Source: Flavobacteriales bacterium | Lineage (GTDB): Bacteria; Bacteroidota; Bacteroidia; Flavobacteriales_C; GCA-002722245 | Length of the DNA stretch: 64,000 nt | Assembly: GCA_002717515.1 (NCBI GenBank) | Contig: PBEC01000018.1 | Span: 198,630 to 262,629 of the forward strand | Direction: 5' to 3' | Shown: positions 40,284-50,230 of the stretch, piece by piece | Position numbering within the stretch: position 1 is the stretch's first letter | Layout of the letters: each line of letters starts with the position of its first letter | The notes under the pieces: model-generated | What the model saw: only the letters and a program-made list of their open reading frames with translations | What the model was told of the DNA's origin: nothing | Databases searched by the model: none | Program-made: the position numbers and the translations under genes

Positions 40284-41644
40284 CAATAAAAAAAAACATA
40301 TACTTTATTGGTGTTGGCGGTATAGGAATGAGTGCTCTTGCTCGTTATTTTCTGGCATTGGGTTGTAAGGTTTCCGGTTACGATAAAACAGAAACTGCAC
40401 TTACAAAAAAATTGGAAAATGAGGGAGTAAAAATTCATTACGAAGACAATGTTTCGCTAATTGATAAGGAATTCTTGTCCTTGGAAAATACGTTGGTAAT
40501 TTTGACACCTGCGGTTCCCAAGAATCATTCTGAGTGGAATTTTTTTAAACGATCAGGTTTTGAAATTTTAAAAAGAGCCCAAGTATTAGGTAAAATTACT
40601 GAATCAAATAAAAGTATTGGTGTTGCAGGTACTCATGGAAAAACTACAATATCAAGTATGATATCTCATATTTTTAAATTTTGCAACGTTCCTTTTACTG
40701 CATTTTTAGGGGGTATTTCTAAGGATTTAGGAAGTAATTATTATCATGATTTAAATAGTCAAATTACAGTTGTAGAGGCCGATGAGTATGATCGGTCATT
40801 TTTAGAATTAAAACCCACTTTTGCAACAGTTTCTGCAATTGATGCAGATCATTTGGATATTTATGGTACAAAGGAAGAAATGCAAAAAGCTTTCAGACAG
40901 TATTTGGATCAAAATTTACAGAAACAAGGAGTAGCAATCATCCACAGTTCGTTAACTGAAGTTTTAGGCAAAAAGTATAAAACGTATTCAATTGATGATG
41001 AATCAGCAGATTATTATGCTGCTAATTTTAGGGTAGAAAATGCTGATTTTTTTGGAGATTTTAAATGGTCGGGCGGTGAAATAAAAGACGTCAAAATTGG
41101 TTTGCCGGGAATACATAACATGGAAAATGCTTTGCTGGCTTTTGGAATTGCCTTAGAAAACGGAATTGAACCTGTTAAAATTAAGGAGGCAATAGGCAAT
41201 TATAGTGGTGTTGAAAGGAGATTTGACGTTCATATAAAATCAGATAATTTAATTTACATTGATGACTATGCTCATCACCCTGAAGAGATAAAAAAGCTTG
41301 TAACTTCTGTTCGAAAAATGTACCCTGAAAAAAATATTTTAGGTGTTTTTCAACCGCATTTGTTCTCTCGTACTCAAGATTTCGCAGATGAATTTGCAAG
41401 GAGTTTAGAGTTGTTGGATGAATTGTTGCTTTTAGATATTTATCCAGCTCGCGAGTTACCGATTCCTGGGGTCAATTCCAGAATGCTTTTTGATCGAATT
41501 AACATGAATTCAAAAACGCTTTGTTCAAAAAAACAGCTTACACACTATGTTGGTGTATCTAAATGTGACGTAGTTTTAACTATAGGTGCTGGAGATATCG
41601 GTGCTGAAGTTGAAAATTTGAAAGAATTCTTGTTGAAACACTAA
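40280..41644 (+). CDS. murC: UDP-N-acetylmuramate--L-alanine ligase
   Basis: IGVGGIGMSALA N-domain. P-loop GVAGTHGKTT. Confidence 0.95.
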   Translation: MTIKKNIYFIGVGGIGMSALARYFLALGCKVSGYDKTETALTKKLENEGVKIHYEDNVSLIDKEFLSLENTLVILTPAVPKNHSEWNFFKRSGFEILKRAQVLGKITESNKSIGVAGTHGKTTISSMISHIFKFCNVPFTAFLGGISKDLGSNYYHDLNSQITVVEADEYDRSFLELKPTFATVSAIDADHLDIYGTKEEMQKAFRQYLDQNLQKQGVAIIHSSLTEVLGKKYKTYSIDDESADYYAANFRVENADFFGDFKWSGGEIKDVKIGLPGIHNMENALLAFGIALENGIEPVKIKEAIGNYSGVERRFDVHIKSDNLIYIDDYAHHPEEIKKLVTSVRKMYPEKNILGVFQPHLFSRTQDFADEFARSLELLDELLLLDIYPARELPIPGVNSRMLFDRINMNSKTLCSKKQLTHYVGVSKCDVVLTIGAGDIGAEVENLKEFLLKH

Positions 41645-41660
41645 CAAATAAAGCGTTCTA

Positions 41661-42437
41661 ATGGACAATCGTATCAAGAACATAATGGGCTTTTTACTGA
41701 TTTCAGCCTTTCTTGTTTTTGTATCGTTTACAAAAAATGAGCAGGGTAAAAGATCAGTCAAAAGCGTTTTTGTTTCTATTGATGCAACGAAAGGGGATGC
41801 TTTCATGGACAAGGATGATGTTATTGATTTAGTTTATTCAAGGTACGACACCTTGTTGGGGAAATCTTTTCACTCTCTGTGCTTGAATGGAATTGAAAAT
41901 TTATTAAAAAGTCAATCTTCAGTAAAGAGTGCTGAGGTGTATGTTGAACAAAACGGTAGTGTAAAGTTAGATGTCGAATTAAGAAAAGTAATAGCCCGAA
42001 TAAAACCAGATTCAACCCCTGGATTTTACATTGATGAGGAGGGCTTTTCAATGACATGGCAAACAAAATACTCACCGCGTGTATTAACAATAACGGGGCA
42101 TCTAGCCAAGTACAACAGATATTTGAAAGATACTATGGTTGATGAGGATATTGCTACTCATTTTAAATTGGTAAATGATGTTTACGAATTTGCTAAATAT
42201 GTAAATAAAAACTCTTTTTGGAAGGCCCAAATTGGGCAGGTTTACATAAATAAAAATGGAGATGCTGTTCTAATTCCCTTAATTGGAAATGAGGAGTTTG
42301 TATTTGGAGAGCTTACAAATTACAAAGATAAATTTGATAAAATTAATAGGTATTATGATGAAATTGCCCCGAAATTAGGTTGGAACAAGTACAAAGAGGT
42401 GAATGTGAAGTATGATCGGCAAATAGTTTGCAAATAA
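41661..42437 (+). CDS. ftsQ: cell division protein FtsQ (POTRA-containing)
   Basis: Position between murC and ftsA. Single N-terminal TM. 258 aa. Confidence 0.65.
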   Translation: MDNRIKNIMGFLLISAFLVFVSFTKNEQGKRSVKSVFVSIDATKGDAFMDKDDVIDLVYSRYDTLLGKSFHSLCLNGIENLLKSQSSVKSAEVYVEQNGSVKLDVELRKVIARIKPDSTPGFYIDEEGFSMTWQTKYSPRVLTITGHLAKYNRYLKDTMVDEDIATHFKLVNDVYEFAKYVNKNSFWKAQIGQVYINKNGDAVLIPLIGNEEFVFGELTNYKDKFDKINRYYDEIAPKLGWNKYKEVNVKYDRQIVCK

Positions 42438-42447
42438 AGAAATTAGG

Positions 42448-43710
42448 ATGAGTAATTCAGGAAAAAAAGATATAGTTGTAGGGTTAGATATTGGAACTAC
42501 CAAGATTGTTTGTATGGTAGGAAGCAAAAATGAATTTGGGAAAATTGAAATTCTTGGGATGGGTAAGTCTGAGTCTGTAGGGGTTTCTAGAGGAGTAGTT
42601 TCCAATATCGATAAAACGGTAGAGAGTATTAAAACAGCAGTTGCTGAGGCGGAGGCACAATCCGGGGTAAATATTCGCGTTGTAAATGTGGGTATTGCGG
42701 GTCAGCATATTAAGAGTCTACAACATAGAGGAGAAAAGATACGTCATACGGGTGAAGATGAAATAGACCAGAAGGATATTGACGGTCTAATTGATGATAT
42801 GTACAAGTTGGTAACGCTTCCTGGTGAGGAAATAATCCATGTTCTTCCTCAAGAGTATATTGTTGATAATGAACAGGGTATAAAAGAACCTATTGGGATG
42901 GCCGGGACGCGATTGGAGGCTAATTTTCATATTATAACGGGTCAAATTACTGCTGCTAAAAACATACACAAATGCGTTGAAAAGGCAGGACTTCAAGTTG
43001 CCGAATTAATTTTGGAACCTTTAGCTTCCTCAGAAGCCGTTTTAAGTGATGAAGAGAAAGAAGCAGGGATTGCTCTTGTTGATATTGGAGGAGGAACAAC
43101 TGATATAGCTATTTTTCAGGATCAGATTATTCGACATACTGCAGTCATTCCTTTTGGTGGTAATATAGTGACAGAGGATATTAAGGAGGGTTGTACTATC
43201 ATTAAATCTCAAGCTGAGTTATTAAAAGTAAAGTTTGGTTCGGCATTAGCCAATGAAAATCAAGAAAACGAAATAGTGAGTATTCCCGGATTAAGGGGAA
43301 GATCTCCAAAAGAAATCTCGGTTAAAAATTTAGCTCATATTATCCAGGCTAGATTGGAGGAAATTATTGAAAACGTATATTTTGAAATAAAAAATTCAGG
43401 CTTCGAAAAAAAATTAATAGGAGGTATTGTAATTACAGGGGGAGGCTCTCAGCTCAAACACATTTGTCAGCTTGTAGAGTACATGACGGGAATGGATACA
43501 AGAATTGGTTATCCAAACGAACACCTGGCAAGTGGTAATTCTGATGAAATTACGAGTCCTGTATTTGCAACAGGTGTAGGATTAGTCATAAAAGGATTAG
43601 AAAAAAGAACAATAAATCCAGTAACGGGTCATTCTGAAAAAGAAAAAGGAAACTTTTTTGATGTTATATTAAAGCCGGTTAGTGATTTTTTTAAAGATGA
43701 TTCAGAATAA
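42448..43710 (+). CDS. ftsA: cell division protein FtsA
   Basis: Actin-fold phosphate motifs VGLDIGTTKIV and DIGGGTTDIA. 420 aa. Confidence 0.95.
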   Translation: MSNSGKKDIVVGLDIGTTKIVCMVGSKNEFGKIEILGMGKSESVGVSRGVVSNIDKTVESIKTAVAEAEAQSGVNIRVVNVGIAGQHIKSLQHRGEKIRHTGEDEIDQKDIDGLIDDMYKLVTLPGEEIIHVLPQEYIVDNEQGIKEPIGMAGTRLEANFHIITGQITAAKNIHKCVEKAGLQVAELILEPLASSEAVLSDEEKEAGIALVDIGGGTTDIAIFQDQIIRHTAVIPFGGNIVTEDIKEGCTIIKSQAELLKVKFGSALANENQENEIVSIPGLRGRSPKEISVKNLAHIIQARLEEIIENVYFEIKNSGFEKKLIGGIVITGGGSQLKHICQLVEYMTGMDTRIGYPNEHLASGNSDEITSPVFATGVGLVIKGLEKRTINPVTGHSEKEKGNFFDVILKPVSDFFKDDSE

Positions 43711-43733
43711 AAATATTAAAACCAACCAATGTT

Positions 43734-45473
43734 ATGATGCAATTTGAAATTGAAAACTCAGAAAGCTCCATCATCAAGGTATTTGGTGTAGGGGGAGGTG
43801 GGTCCAACGCGGTTAACCACATGTATAATGCCGGTATTAAAGGTGTTGACTTTTTTATATGTAATACTGACGAGCAGTCACTTGAAATGAGTCCTGTTCC
43901 TAATAAAATTCAATTAGGACTTAACTTGACAGGTGGTCGAGGAGCAGGTTCAATTGCTGAAGTAGGAAAAAATGCAGCAATTGAAAATATTGATGAAATA
44001 AAGGAAATCCTGGAAAAGGATACTAAAATGCTTTTCATCACAGCTGGAATGGGAGGAGGAACCGGAACCGGTGCAGCTCCGATTATTGCCAGACTGGCTA
44101 AAGAGTTGGGTATTTTGACCGTAGCAATAGTGACCTATCCCTTTGGATTTGAAGGAAGAAAAAGGTCGAATCAAGCCGATAATGGACTTGAGGAATTGCG
44201 TGACTCTGTCGATACATGTGTAATTATTTGTAACGATAAACTGAGAGAGATATATGGAAACCTTTCTCTTTCCGATGCATTTGCAAAAGCAGACGATATA
44301 CTAACTACCGCTGCGAAAGGAATTGCAGAAATTATAACTCGAACAGGGTATATAAATGTCGATTTTGAAGATGTAAGAACTGTAATGACTGACAGTGGAG
44401 TTGCGATAATGGGATCATCATTAGCCTCCGGAGAAAATAGAGCAATTAAGGCAGCACAAGAAGCTTTAGAGTCTCCCTTATTAAACGACAATAATATTGA
44501 GGGAGCAAATTACATTTTATTAAATATCACATCGGGCAATAATGAAGTGATGATGGACGAGATTTCTCAAATCACGGATTATATTCAAGATGAAGCTGGA
44601 TTATCTGCTGATATAATTTGGGGTACAGGACGAGATGAGGATTTGGGTGATAATATCTCTATTACACTAATCGCTACAGGTTTTGAAGCCAATAAATCAA
44701 TAGGGGGTATTCAAACAGAGAGAAAAAAGGAAAAGCTTGTTCATGATTTAAAATTGGATGATTCTGTTGTTTCGAAAACAACTGATGTTAAAAATACAAT
44801 GCAAAGTCAAGAGAATTCACTTGAGCCTGAATTAAAGACACAAGAAACTCCAAAAGCCGAGCAAATTAAAATGGAATTGGATGTTCCGGTTGTTGAAAAA
44901 GATGGAGATACGATGCAAAATATAAATTCAACGCATATTGAAACTACTCAAAATGCTGTTTCTGAACCTGCATCTTCACCAAAGATAGTTCATAATTTAT
45001 ATGAGGAATCTGATTTGGAGCAATCCTATGAAGAAGTCTCTAAAAGTGATTTAAATTATGAAGGAACTAAGTTTGATTTTACAACTAAACAAGAAGATTC
45101 TAATGAGGGTTCTAATTTCGAACCTAGTTTTAATGAAGTTACTAATTCAGAAGATACAACTTTTATTCATGAAATAAAGTCTTCTCCAGAACAAGCCAAC
45201 ACTACATTTGCAGATGAGTTAGATGCTGAAGAGAGGTTGAAAAGATCTCAAGAGAGGTTAATGAAGTTGAATCACTTGACTTCAAAATTAAAATCTCCTT
45301 CAAGTATAAGTGATTTGGAGGATGAACCGGCATATATAAGAAAAAAAGTTAAGCTTGATAATGTCGAGCATTCATCTGAAAATAAAACTTCGAGATTTAC
45401 ACTTGGGGACGATGGAGACAATAATCCAGAAATTCGTCCAAATAATTCTTTTTTGCACGATAACGTCGATTAA
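43734..45473 (+). CDS. ftsZ: cell division GTPase FtsZ with long (~250 aa) acidic low-complexity C-terminal linker
   Basis: Tubulin signature GGGTGTGAAP. NxDxxD/L-type T7 loop region. 579 aa. Confidence 0.95.
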   Translation: MMQFEIENSESSIIKVFGVGGGGSNAVNHMYNAGIKGVDFFICNTDEQSLEMSPVPNKIQLGLNLTGGRGAGSIAEVGKNAAIENIDEIKEILEKDTKMLFITAGMGGGTGTGAAPIIARLAKELGILTVAIVTYPFGFEGRKRSNQADNGLEELRDSVDTCVIICNDKLREIYGNLSLSDAFAKADDILTTAAKGIAEIITRTGYINVDFEDVRTVMTDSGVAIMGSSLASGENRAIKAAQEALESPLLNDNNIEGANYILLNITSGNNEVMMDEISQITDYIQDEAGLSADIIWGTGRDEDLGDNISITLIATGFEANKSIGGIQTERKKEKLVHDLKLDDSVVSKTTDVKNTMQSQENSLEPELKTQETPKAEQIKMELDVPVVEKDGDTMQNINSTHIETTQNAVSEPASSPKIVHNLYEESDLEQSYEEVSKSDLNYEGTKFDFTTKQEDSNEGSNFEPSFNEVTNSEDTTFIHEIKSSPEQANTTFADELDAEERLKRSQERLMKLNHLTSKLKSPSSISDLEDEPAYIRKKVKLDNVEHSSENKTSRFTLGDDGDNNPEIRPNNSFLHDNVD

Positions 45474-45503
45474 TTTAGGACTTACATAACATTTTGGTTA
45501 AAT

Positions 45504-45534
45504 CGCCCCTACGTATTGTAGGGGCTTTTTATTT
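45504..45534 (+). terminator. Rho-independent terminator of the dcw cluster
   Basis: CGCCCCTAC-GTATT-GTAGGGGC stem-loop followed by TTTTTATTT, 30 nt after the ftsZ stop. Confidence 0.7.
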
Positions 45535-45630
45535 AATTATGAATAAAACTAACACAATGATTCTGAATAAAAACTTTAAACTCTTTCGAAAAATTATAAA
45601 CTTACACCTATTTTAGAAAAAAACAATGCA

Positions 45631-46581
45631 ATGAAATATACGGCTTTGGTGTACGGGGGATTTTCAGGCGAGTCTGAAATTTCAAAAAAAAGTGCAAAAG
45701 AAATATTTAATTCTTTTGACTCCACAATCAATCATCCTGTTTTGGTTCGGATAGTAAATAAAAATTGGATTGCCGAGTATAATGAGGAAGAATATTCGAT
45801 TGATAAAAACGATTTTTCATTTTATGTAAATGGAGAAAAAATACAATTTAGTTCTGTTTTTAATATTATACATGGGACTCCAGGGGAAGATGGTAAATTA
45901 GCTGGTTATTTCGATTTACTCGGTATCCCTTATAATTCATCGGATCTTTTATCAAGTGCACTGACGTTTAATAAGAACTGGTGTAATCGATTTTTGAGTA
46001 CGTATGACATTACTGTTCCAAAGTCCGTTGTTTTTTATAAAGATGAAGATAACTCAGCGCTTTATTCTAAGCTTGATTATCCATGTTTTGTAAAACCGAA
46101 CAATGGAGGTTCATCAATAGGAACTCATAAAGTCGCAAATGAAAAGGATTTGAAAACTGCCTTGCAGGATGCTTTTCATCATGATACAGAAGTCATCGTT
46201 GAGGAATTTATTGAAGGAAGAGAGTTTTCGGTCGGAATTATTAAGCACGAAGATAAAGAGAAGGTAATGCCAATAACGGAAATAATAGTAAATTCAGAGT
46301 TTTTTGATTTTAATCAAAAATATTCTGAACAGGGCGCGAAGGAAATAACTCCTGCAGATTTATCCGAAGAGAAAACCTTGGAATGTCAGAATATTGTTCG
46401 AAAAGTATTCAAGCTTTTACGACTTAACAAAGTGGCAAGAATCGATTTTATTTTGAACAAAGACATCTTTTATTTAATCGAGGTAAATACAATTCCTGGA
46501 ATGAGTTCAAGAAGTATTCTCCCTAAGCAAGCAGAATATGAAAAAATTAGCTTTAAAGATTTAATATGTATTTTATCTTAA
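45631..46581 (+). CDS. ddl: D-alanine--D-alanine ligase
   Basis: MKYTALVYGGFSGESEISKKSA N-terminus, ATP-grasp motifs. Ends ..IPGMS... Confidence 0.9.
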   Translation: MKYTALVYGGFSGESEISKKSAKEIFNSFDSTINHPVLVRIVNKNWIAEYNEEEYSIDKNDFSFYVNGEKIQFSSVFNIIHGTPGEDGKLAGYFDLLGIPYNSSDLLSSALTFNKNWCNRFLSTYDITVPKSVVFYKDEDNSALYSKLDYPCFVKPNNGGSSIGTHKVANEKDLKTALQDAFHHDTEVIVEEFIEGREFSVGIIKHEDKEKVMPITEIIVNSEFFDFNQKYSEQGAKEITPADLSEEKTLECQNIVRKVFKLLRLNKVARIDFILNKDIFYLIEVNTIPGMSSRSILPKQAEYEKISFKDLICILS

Positions 46582-49500
46582 AATAAAAGTTGGACTTGCA
46601 TATTTCCGGTGTGTACGGCCTTAATAGTCTCTGAATTCCTTCCCTCATAATTCAAACTGATTTGAAAATTATTTTTAAATGAGCGTTGATAACTTGCTCT
46701 CCAAGTGTAATTTGTTCCTATTTGAAATCCTTCTAAAAGTTCAAAAAGTAATGGTGAGTTATTCGCTTGTGACCCATCAAATACGGTAGAAATGTAATCT
46801 GTGCCAAGGGTCATTCTGCCTTTAGAAATTAGGTTGTAAGTTATTTCAATTCCTATTTTTTTAAATTCTGCTTTTCCTCCTCCAAAAACATTATTGTTCG
46901 TTTTATCCTTAAATGCGGTAACGATTGAACTTCGAAAGCTTGAACCTTTTTGGTATGTAAATTTAGGTTCTACTACGTAACTTTTAATTTCGTAATTGTT
47001 GTCCTCAGAAAGCTCAGATAATCGTGATTTTGTAATTAACTCCACTTTATTTCTGAACGTGAATTTTTTTGCAATATTCCATCTTAGGTCTATAGAGTTG
47101 GAAGTCAATGATCTGCCTTCAAAACCAGATATTAAAAGAGTTTTATTTTGATTTGTACGTACTGTATAATTCATCCCGATTATTGGGTTAGATCGATTGA
47201 AATATATAGTGTTTCTAATTGAGGATGAAGTAGAAATTAAATTTGTGTCGTTTATTCCATTTTGAAAAGGAATTTGAATTCTTTTTTTTTGGCTCTTAGA
47301 AGTTTTTGTATTTAATTTCATTAAAAACTGATTATTGAAACGAGTAATGAGTTTATTAATTTTCTTATCCCTTTTTAGATATCGAGCAGGATTGATGTTT
47401 AAGGATTGATTAAATTCGTTATTGTACGTTTTTATGAGATCGGAAGTTGGTAAGGATACTTTTATGTAATTATTTTGATCTTGAAAATCAGAAACCACAA
47501 ATTCAGTGAAATCTTGGATAGAATCGTTGTTAAAATCAATCCATGCATAATTTCCCTGTCCTGGATTAACTTCTACGAATTGAAATTGTCTTTTAATTTC
47601 GCTTCCTGAAGCAGTTTCAAAAAACGAAGATGAATTTATCAACCCCTTTAGAAGCTTAAATTTATAATCAAATCGATTCAATAGTGTGTTTTCAGGTTTT
47701 TCATTTACTAAATCATTATTGTCAATAGATAATTCTCGGAATACAGAATTCCAAAGAAATTTTGTTCCTTTCTTATTGAGATAAATAAATTTAGTACCAG
47801 CATTATTGGCTGTAGTAACTTTATTCATCACATTATTTAGTGGTAGGTAGTCTATTCTTTGATTACCAGTAAAGCTTAGGTTAATTGAATTTGATTTTTT
47901 TAAATTCAATTCTGAACCGTAAACGGTGTATCGGAATGAGTTGGATTCAAGAGTGTCGACATTTGAATTATTGACTAAATTATACTCCTCTTCTTCCCAT
48001 ATTTTCAAACTTATACTATTATTGAGTCTATATTTATAGGTTACCAAATGTCTTAAAAATTGACTTTTCTGAGTATTACCCTCTGATTGCAAATAACTAC
48101 CCTTTCCATTTAAAGTTCCTTTTTTTCCAATTTTACTATTGAGATCAACAGCAGACTTAAAACCATAATATTCATTTTGTCTGTTAATGTATGATAAATC
48201 GATACCAAAAACCCTTTTATTTAAATAGATTTTATTCCATTTTAAGCTCAATATTTGTTCGGTATTTTGGGGAGTCGAAGAGCTTAAATTGAAATCTCTA
48301 TTGAACTCTACAGATCTGAAACGTTCTATTGATCTGAAATTTTTATTAATGAGTTGATAGCTAAATTCAGTATTGAAAATCCGAGTTTTTGGGGACTCTT
48401 TGGTATTTTCCTCATTTAATTTTTTAATTTTTTGATTTTTTAAAGTGGTTTTTAAAGCAATTCCCTGATTGTCCTTTTTGTGTTTTTTCGAAAAAAGATT
48501 TTGATTTCTTTTACTAAAAGCAGATTCGAAAAAAAAGGTTGAGTTTTTATGTTTGTAGCTTGATCCAATTGTAAGCATTTGATTTTGTTTGGGAGCAATT
48601 AGTTGATTTATGGGTTCATAACTCCCTTGCATAGTTCCGTTTAATGGTGGTATCCATTCATATACACGGCCATTAATATTGGAACTGGAGAGGGTATAGT
48701 TTCCATTTCCTTGACCAACATTACTAAATCCTAAACTATAAATGGCACTATCGGGATTATTACTGTATTGATAGTAAGTATAGTTGATGGAATCAATTAT
48801 TGTATCGGACTTTTTATACAATATTTGATTAGAATTATATTCAACAGTATCAATTCGAGGTGACACGGCAAACTGTAAACTATCACCAACATCACTTAAC
48901 AGCTGAATCTGATCGTTCGACAAGGACTGGTTTAGCTGCTGAAATTTCATGTCTTGTTCGGTGTAAAAGTTAATGAAAAATTTACCTTTTTGATTGGAAA
49001 TTTCATTTCGTGAAGTAAAAAGAGATCTCCCGTAATTTTGATCTGAATATTGGAACTCTACAATGATTCTTTTGTCTTTTGTTATGATTTGGTTGGTAGT
49101 AAAAGTAATTTCTGCTGAGTTATAATCGATGACATAGTCACCGTCCATTCCTCTGGATAATAATTTACCGTCAATATAAACTCGTTCTGTACCTGAAAGA
49201 ATAATTATAAACCGTTCATTTTCTGCACCAAAAAGTTGATATGGACCCTGATTCCCTTCAATTCCAAGAATACTTTGTCGATTGAATTTTCCACGCGACA
49301 ATGCAACATCTGATTTTGTTGATAAAACAGCCGATTTTTTAAAAAGTTTGGAAGTGTATTTTCCAGAATAACTTATACCCTGAGCTTTTTTATTGAATTT
49401 CAGAAAAACATCATTTGATTCTTTTGTTTGAAAATCTCCTGCAATAAGTCGGTGGTCATCTTTTGAGAATTGAATGAATACTTTATCAAAGTCCTGAAGA

Positions 49501-50078
49501 GTTTGAGTGTTTCCCTGAGGTTGAATAGGTATATTATTATCGGTTACTGAGGCTAAAATCTCTATGCCTTGAAACGTACCCGCAAGTTTCAAGTTCATAT
49601 TAGAATTTACAGATAAATCTCTTGTATTACCTATGTTAATTCCTCTTGAGATACTTCCACTTTTTTGTAATGAATTTGATCCGAAAAGGTCTTCTCTATT
49701 AAGCGTTTTAGGAGTATAGTAATAAGGGTTTTTGGTTAGTATTTTTTTTCTGCCGTTTTCATTTTGATTCTTCAAGCTTCTGTTTTGTACAGTGGAAGTA
49801 AAATTCAATGGATAGGATTTGTAACGAACAAAGATAGAATCGGTGTTTTTTTGTTTAAAAAGAATATATCCTTTAAAATAATTTATGCGATAATAACTAC
49901 TGTCCATATTGATGTAAAAGCTTCCTGGGATAATTGATAAAGAATCAATTTGTACAGAGTCAAGAACTGGAATTTTTTTTGTGGTAAAGTTGCTGAAATT
50001 CTTTTGAGAATATCCCAGATATGAGATCATAATCAATCCTAAAATAGAGCAGTATTTAATCCGGTTATAAAAGTTCAA
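46578..50078 (-). CDS. large (1166 aa) predicted outer-membrane beta-barrel protein of unknown function
   Basis: Signal peptide. Extremely N/S/Y/F/T-rich with alternating beta-strand pattern. C-terminal ..QVQLLF aromatic terminus typical of OM barrels. No TonB box recognised. Confidence 0.4.
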   Translation of the reverse strand: MNFYNRIKYCSILGLIMISYLGYSQKNFSNFTTKKIPVLDSVQIDSLSIIPGSFYINMDSSYYRINYFKGYILFKQKNTDSIFVRYKSYPLNFTSTVQNRSLKNQNENGRKKILTKNPYYYTPKTLNREDLFGSNSLQKSGSISRGINIGNTRDLSVNSNMNLKLAGTFQGIEILASVTDNNIPIQPQGNTQTLQDFDKVFIQFSKDDHRLIAGDFQTKESNDVFLKFNKKAQGISYSGKYTSKLFKKSAVLSTKSDVALSRGKFNRQSILGIEGNQGPYQLFGAENERFIIILSGTERVYIDGKLLSRGMDGDYVIDYNSAEITFTTNQIITKDKRIIVEFQYSDQNYGRSLFTSRNEISNQKGKFFINFYTEQDMKFQQLNQSLSNDQIQLLSDVGDSLQFAVSPRIDTVEYNSNQILYKKSDTIIDSINYTYYQYSNNPDSAIYSLGFSNVGQGNGNYTLSSSNINGRVYEWIPPLNGTMQGSYEPINQLIAPKQNQMLTIGSSYKHKNSTFFFESAFSKRNQNLFSKKHKKDNQGIALKTTLKNQKIKKLNEENTKESPKTRIFNTEFSYQLINKNFRSIERFRSVEFNRDFNLSSSTPQNTEQILSLKWNKIYLNKRVFGIDLSYINRQNEYYGFKSAVDLNSKIGKKGTLNGKGSYLQSEGNTQKSQFLRHLVTYKYRLNNSISLKIWEEEEYNLVNNSNVDTLESNSFRYTVYGSELNLKKSNSINLSFTGNQRIDYLPLNNVMNKVTTANNAGTKFIYLNKKGTKFLWNSVFRELSIDNNDLVNEKPENTLLNRFDYKFKLLKGLINSSSFFETASGSEIKRQFQFVEVNPGQGNYAWIDFNNDSIQDFTEFVVSDFQDQNNYIKVSLPTSDLIKTYNNEFNQSLNINPARYLKRDKKINKLITRFNNQFLMKLNTKTSKSQKKRIQIPFQNGINDTNLISTSSSIRNTIYFNRSNPIIGMNYTVRTNQNKTLLISGFEGRSLTSNSIDLRWNIAKKFTFRNKVELITKSRLSELSEDNNYEIKSYVVEPKFTYQKGSSFRSSIVTAFKDKTNNNVFGGGKAEFKKIGIEITYNLISKGRMTLGTDYISTVFDGSQANNSPLLFELLEGFQIGTNYTWRASYQRSFKNNFQISLNYEGRNSETIKAVHTGNMQVQLLF

Positions 50079-50205
50079 AACCCTTTATTCGTAATAACGA
50101 AAATACGATATCAAAATTTTATTCTTCCATGGTTTATTAAGGAATTGCACAGAATACTGTTAGTAATAAACAACTTTGACAAAATCTTGGCAGTAATTTT
50201 GCCGT

Positions 50206-50213
50206 TACATTTG
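50206..50213 (+). promoter_or_regulatory. candidate Bacteroidetes sigma-A -7 box (TAcaTTTG) for the OmpA-family gene
   Basis: Matches the TAnnTTTG -7 consensus 18 nt upstream of the ATG. The upstream TTG is at a plausible distance. Confidence 0.3.
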
Positions 50214-50230
50214 TAAAAGAGGGATGCCTT

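Noticed and set aside
45631-46581. ddl located after ftsZ instead of between murC and ftsQ
   Set aside because: A gene-order variation known in several phyla. Not in itself remarkable.
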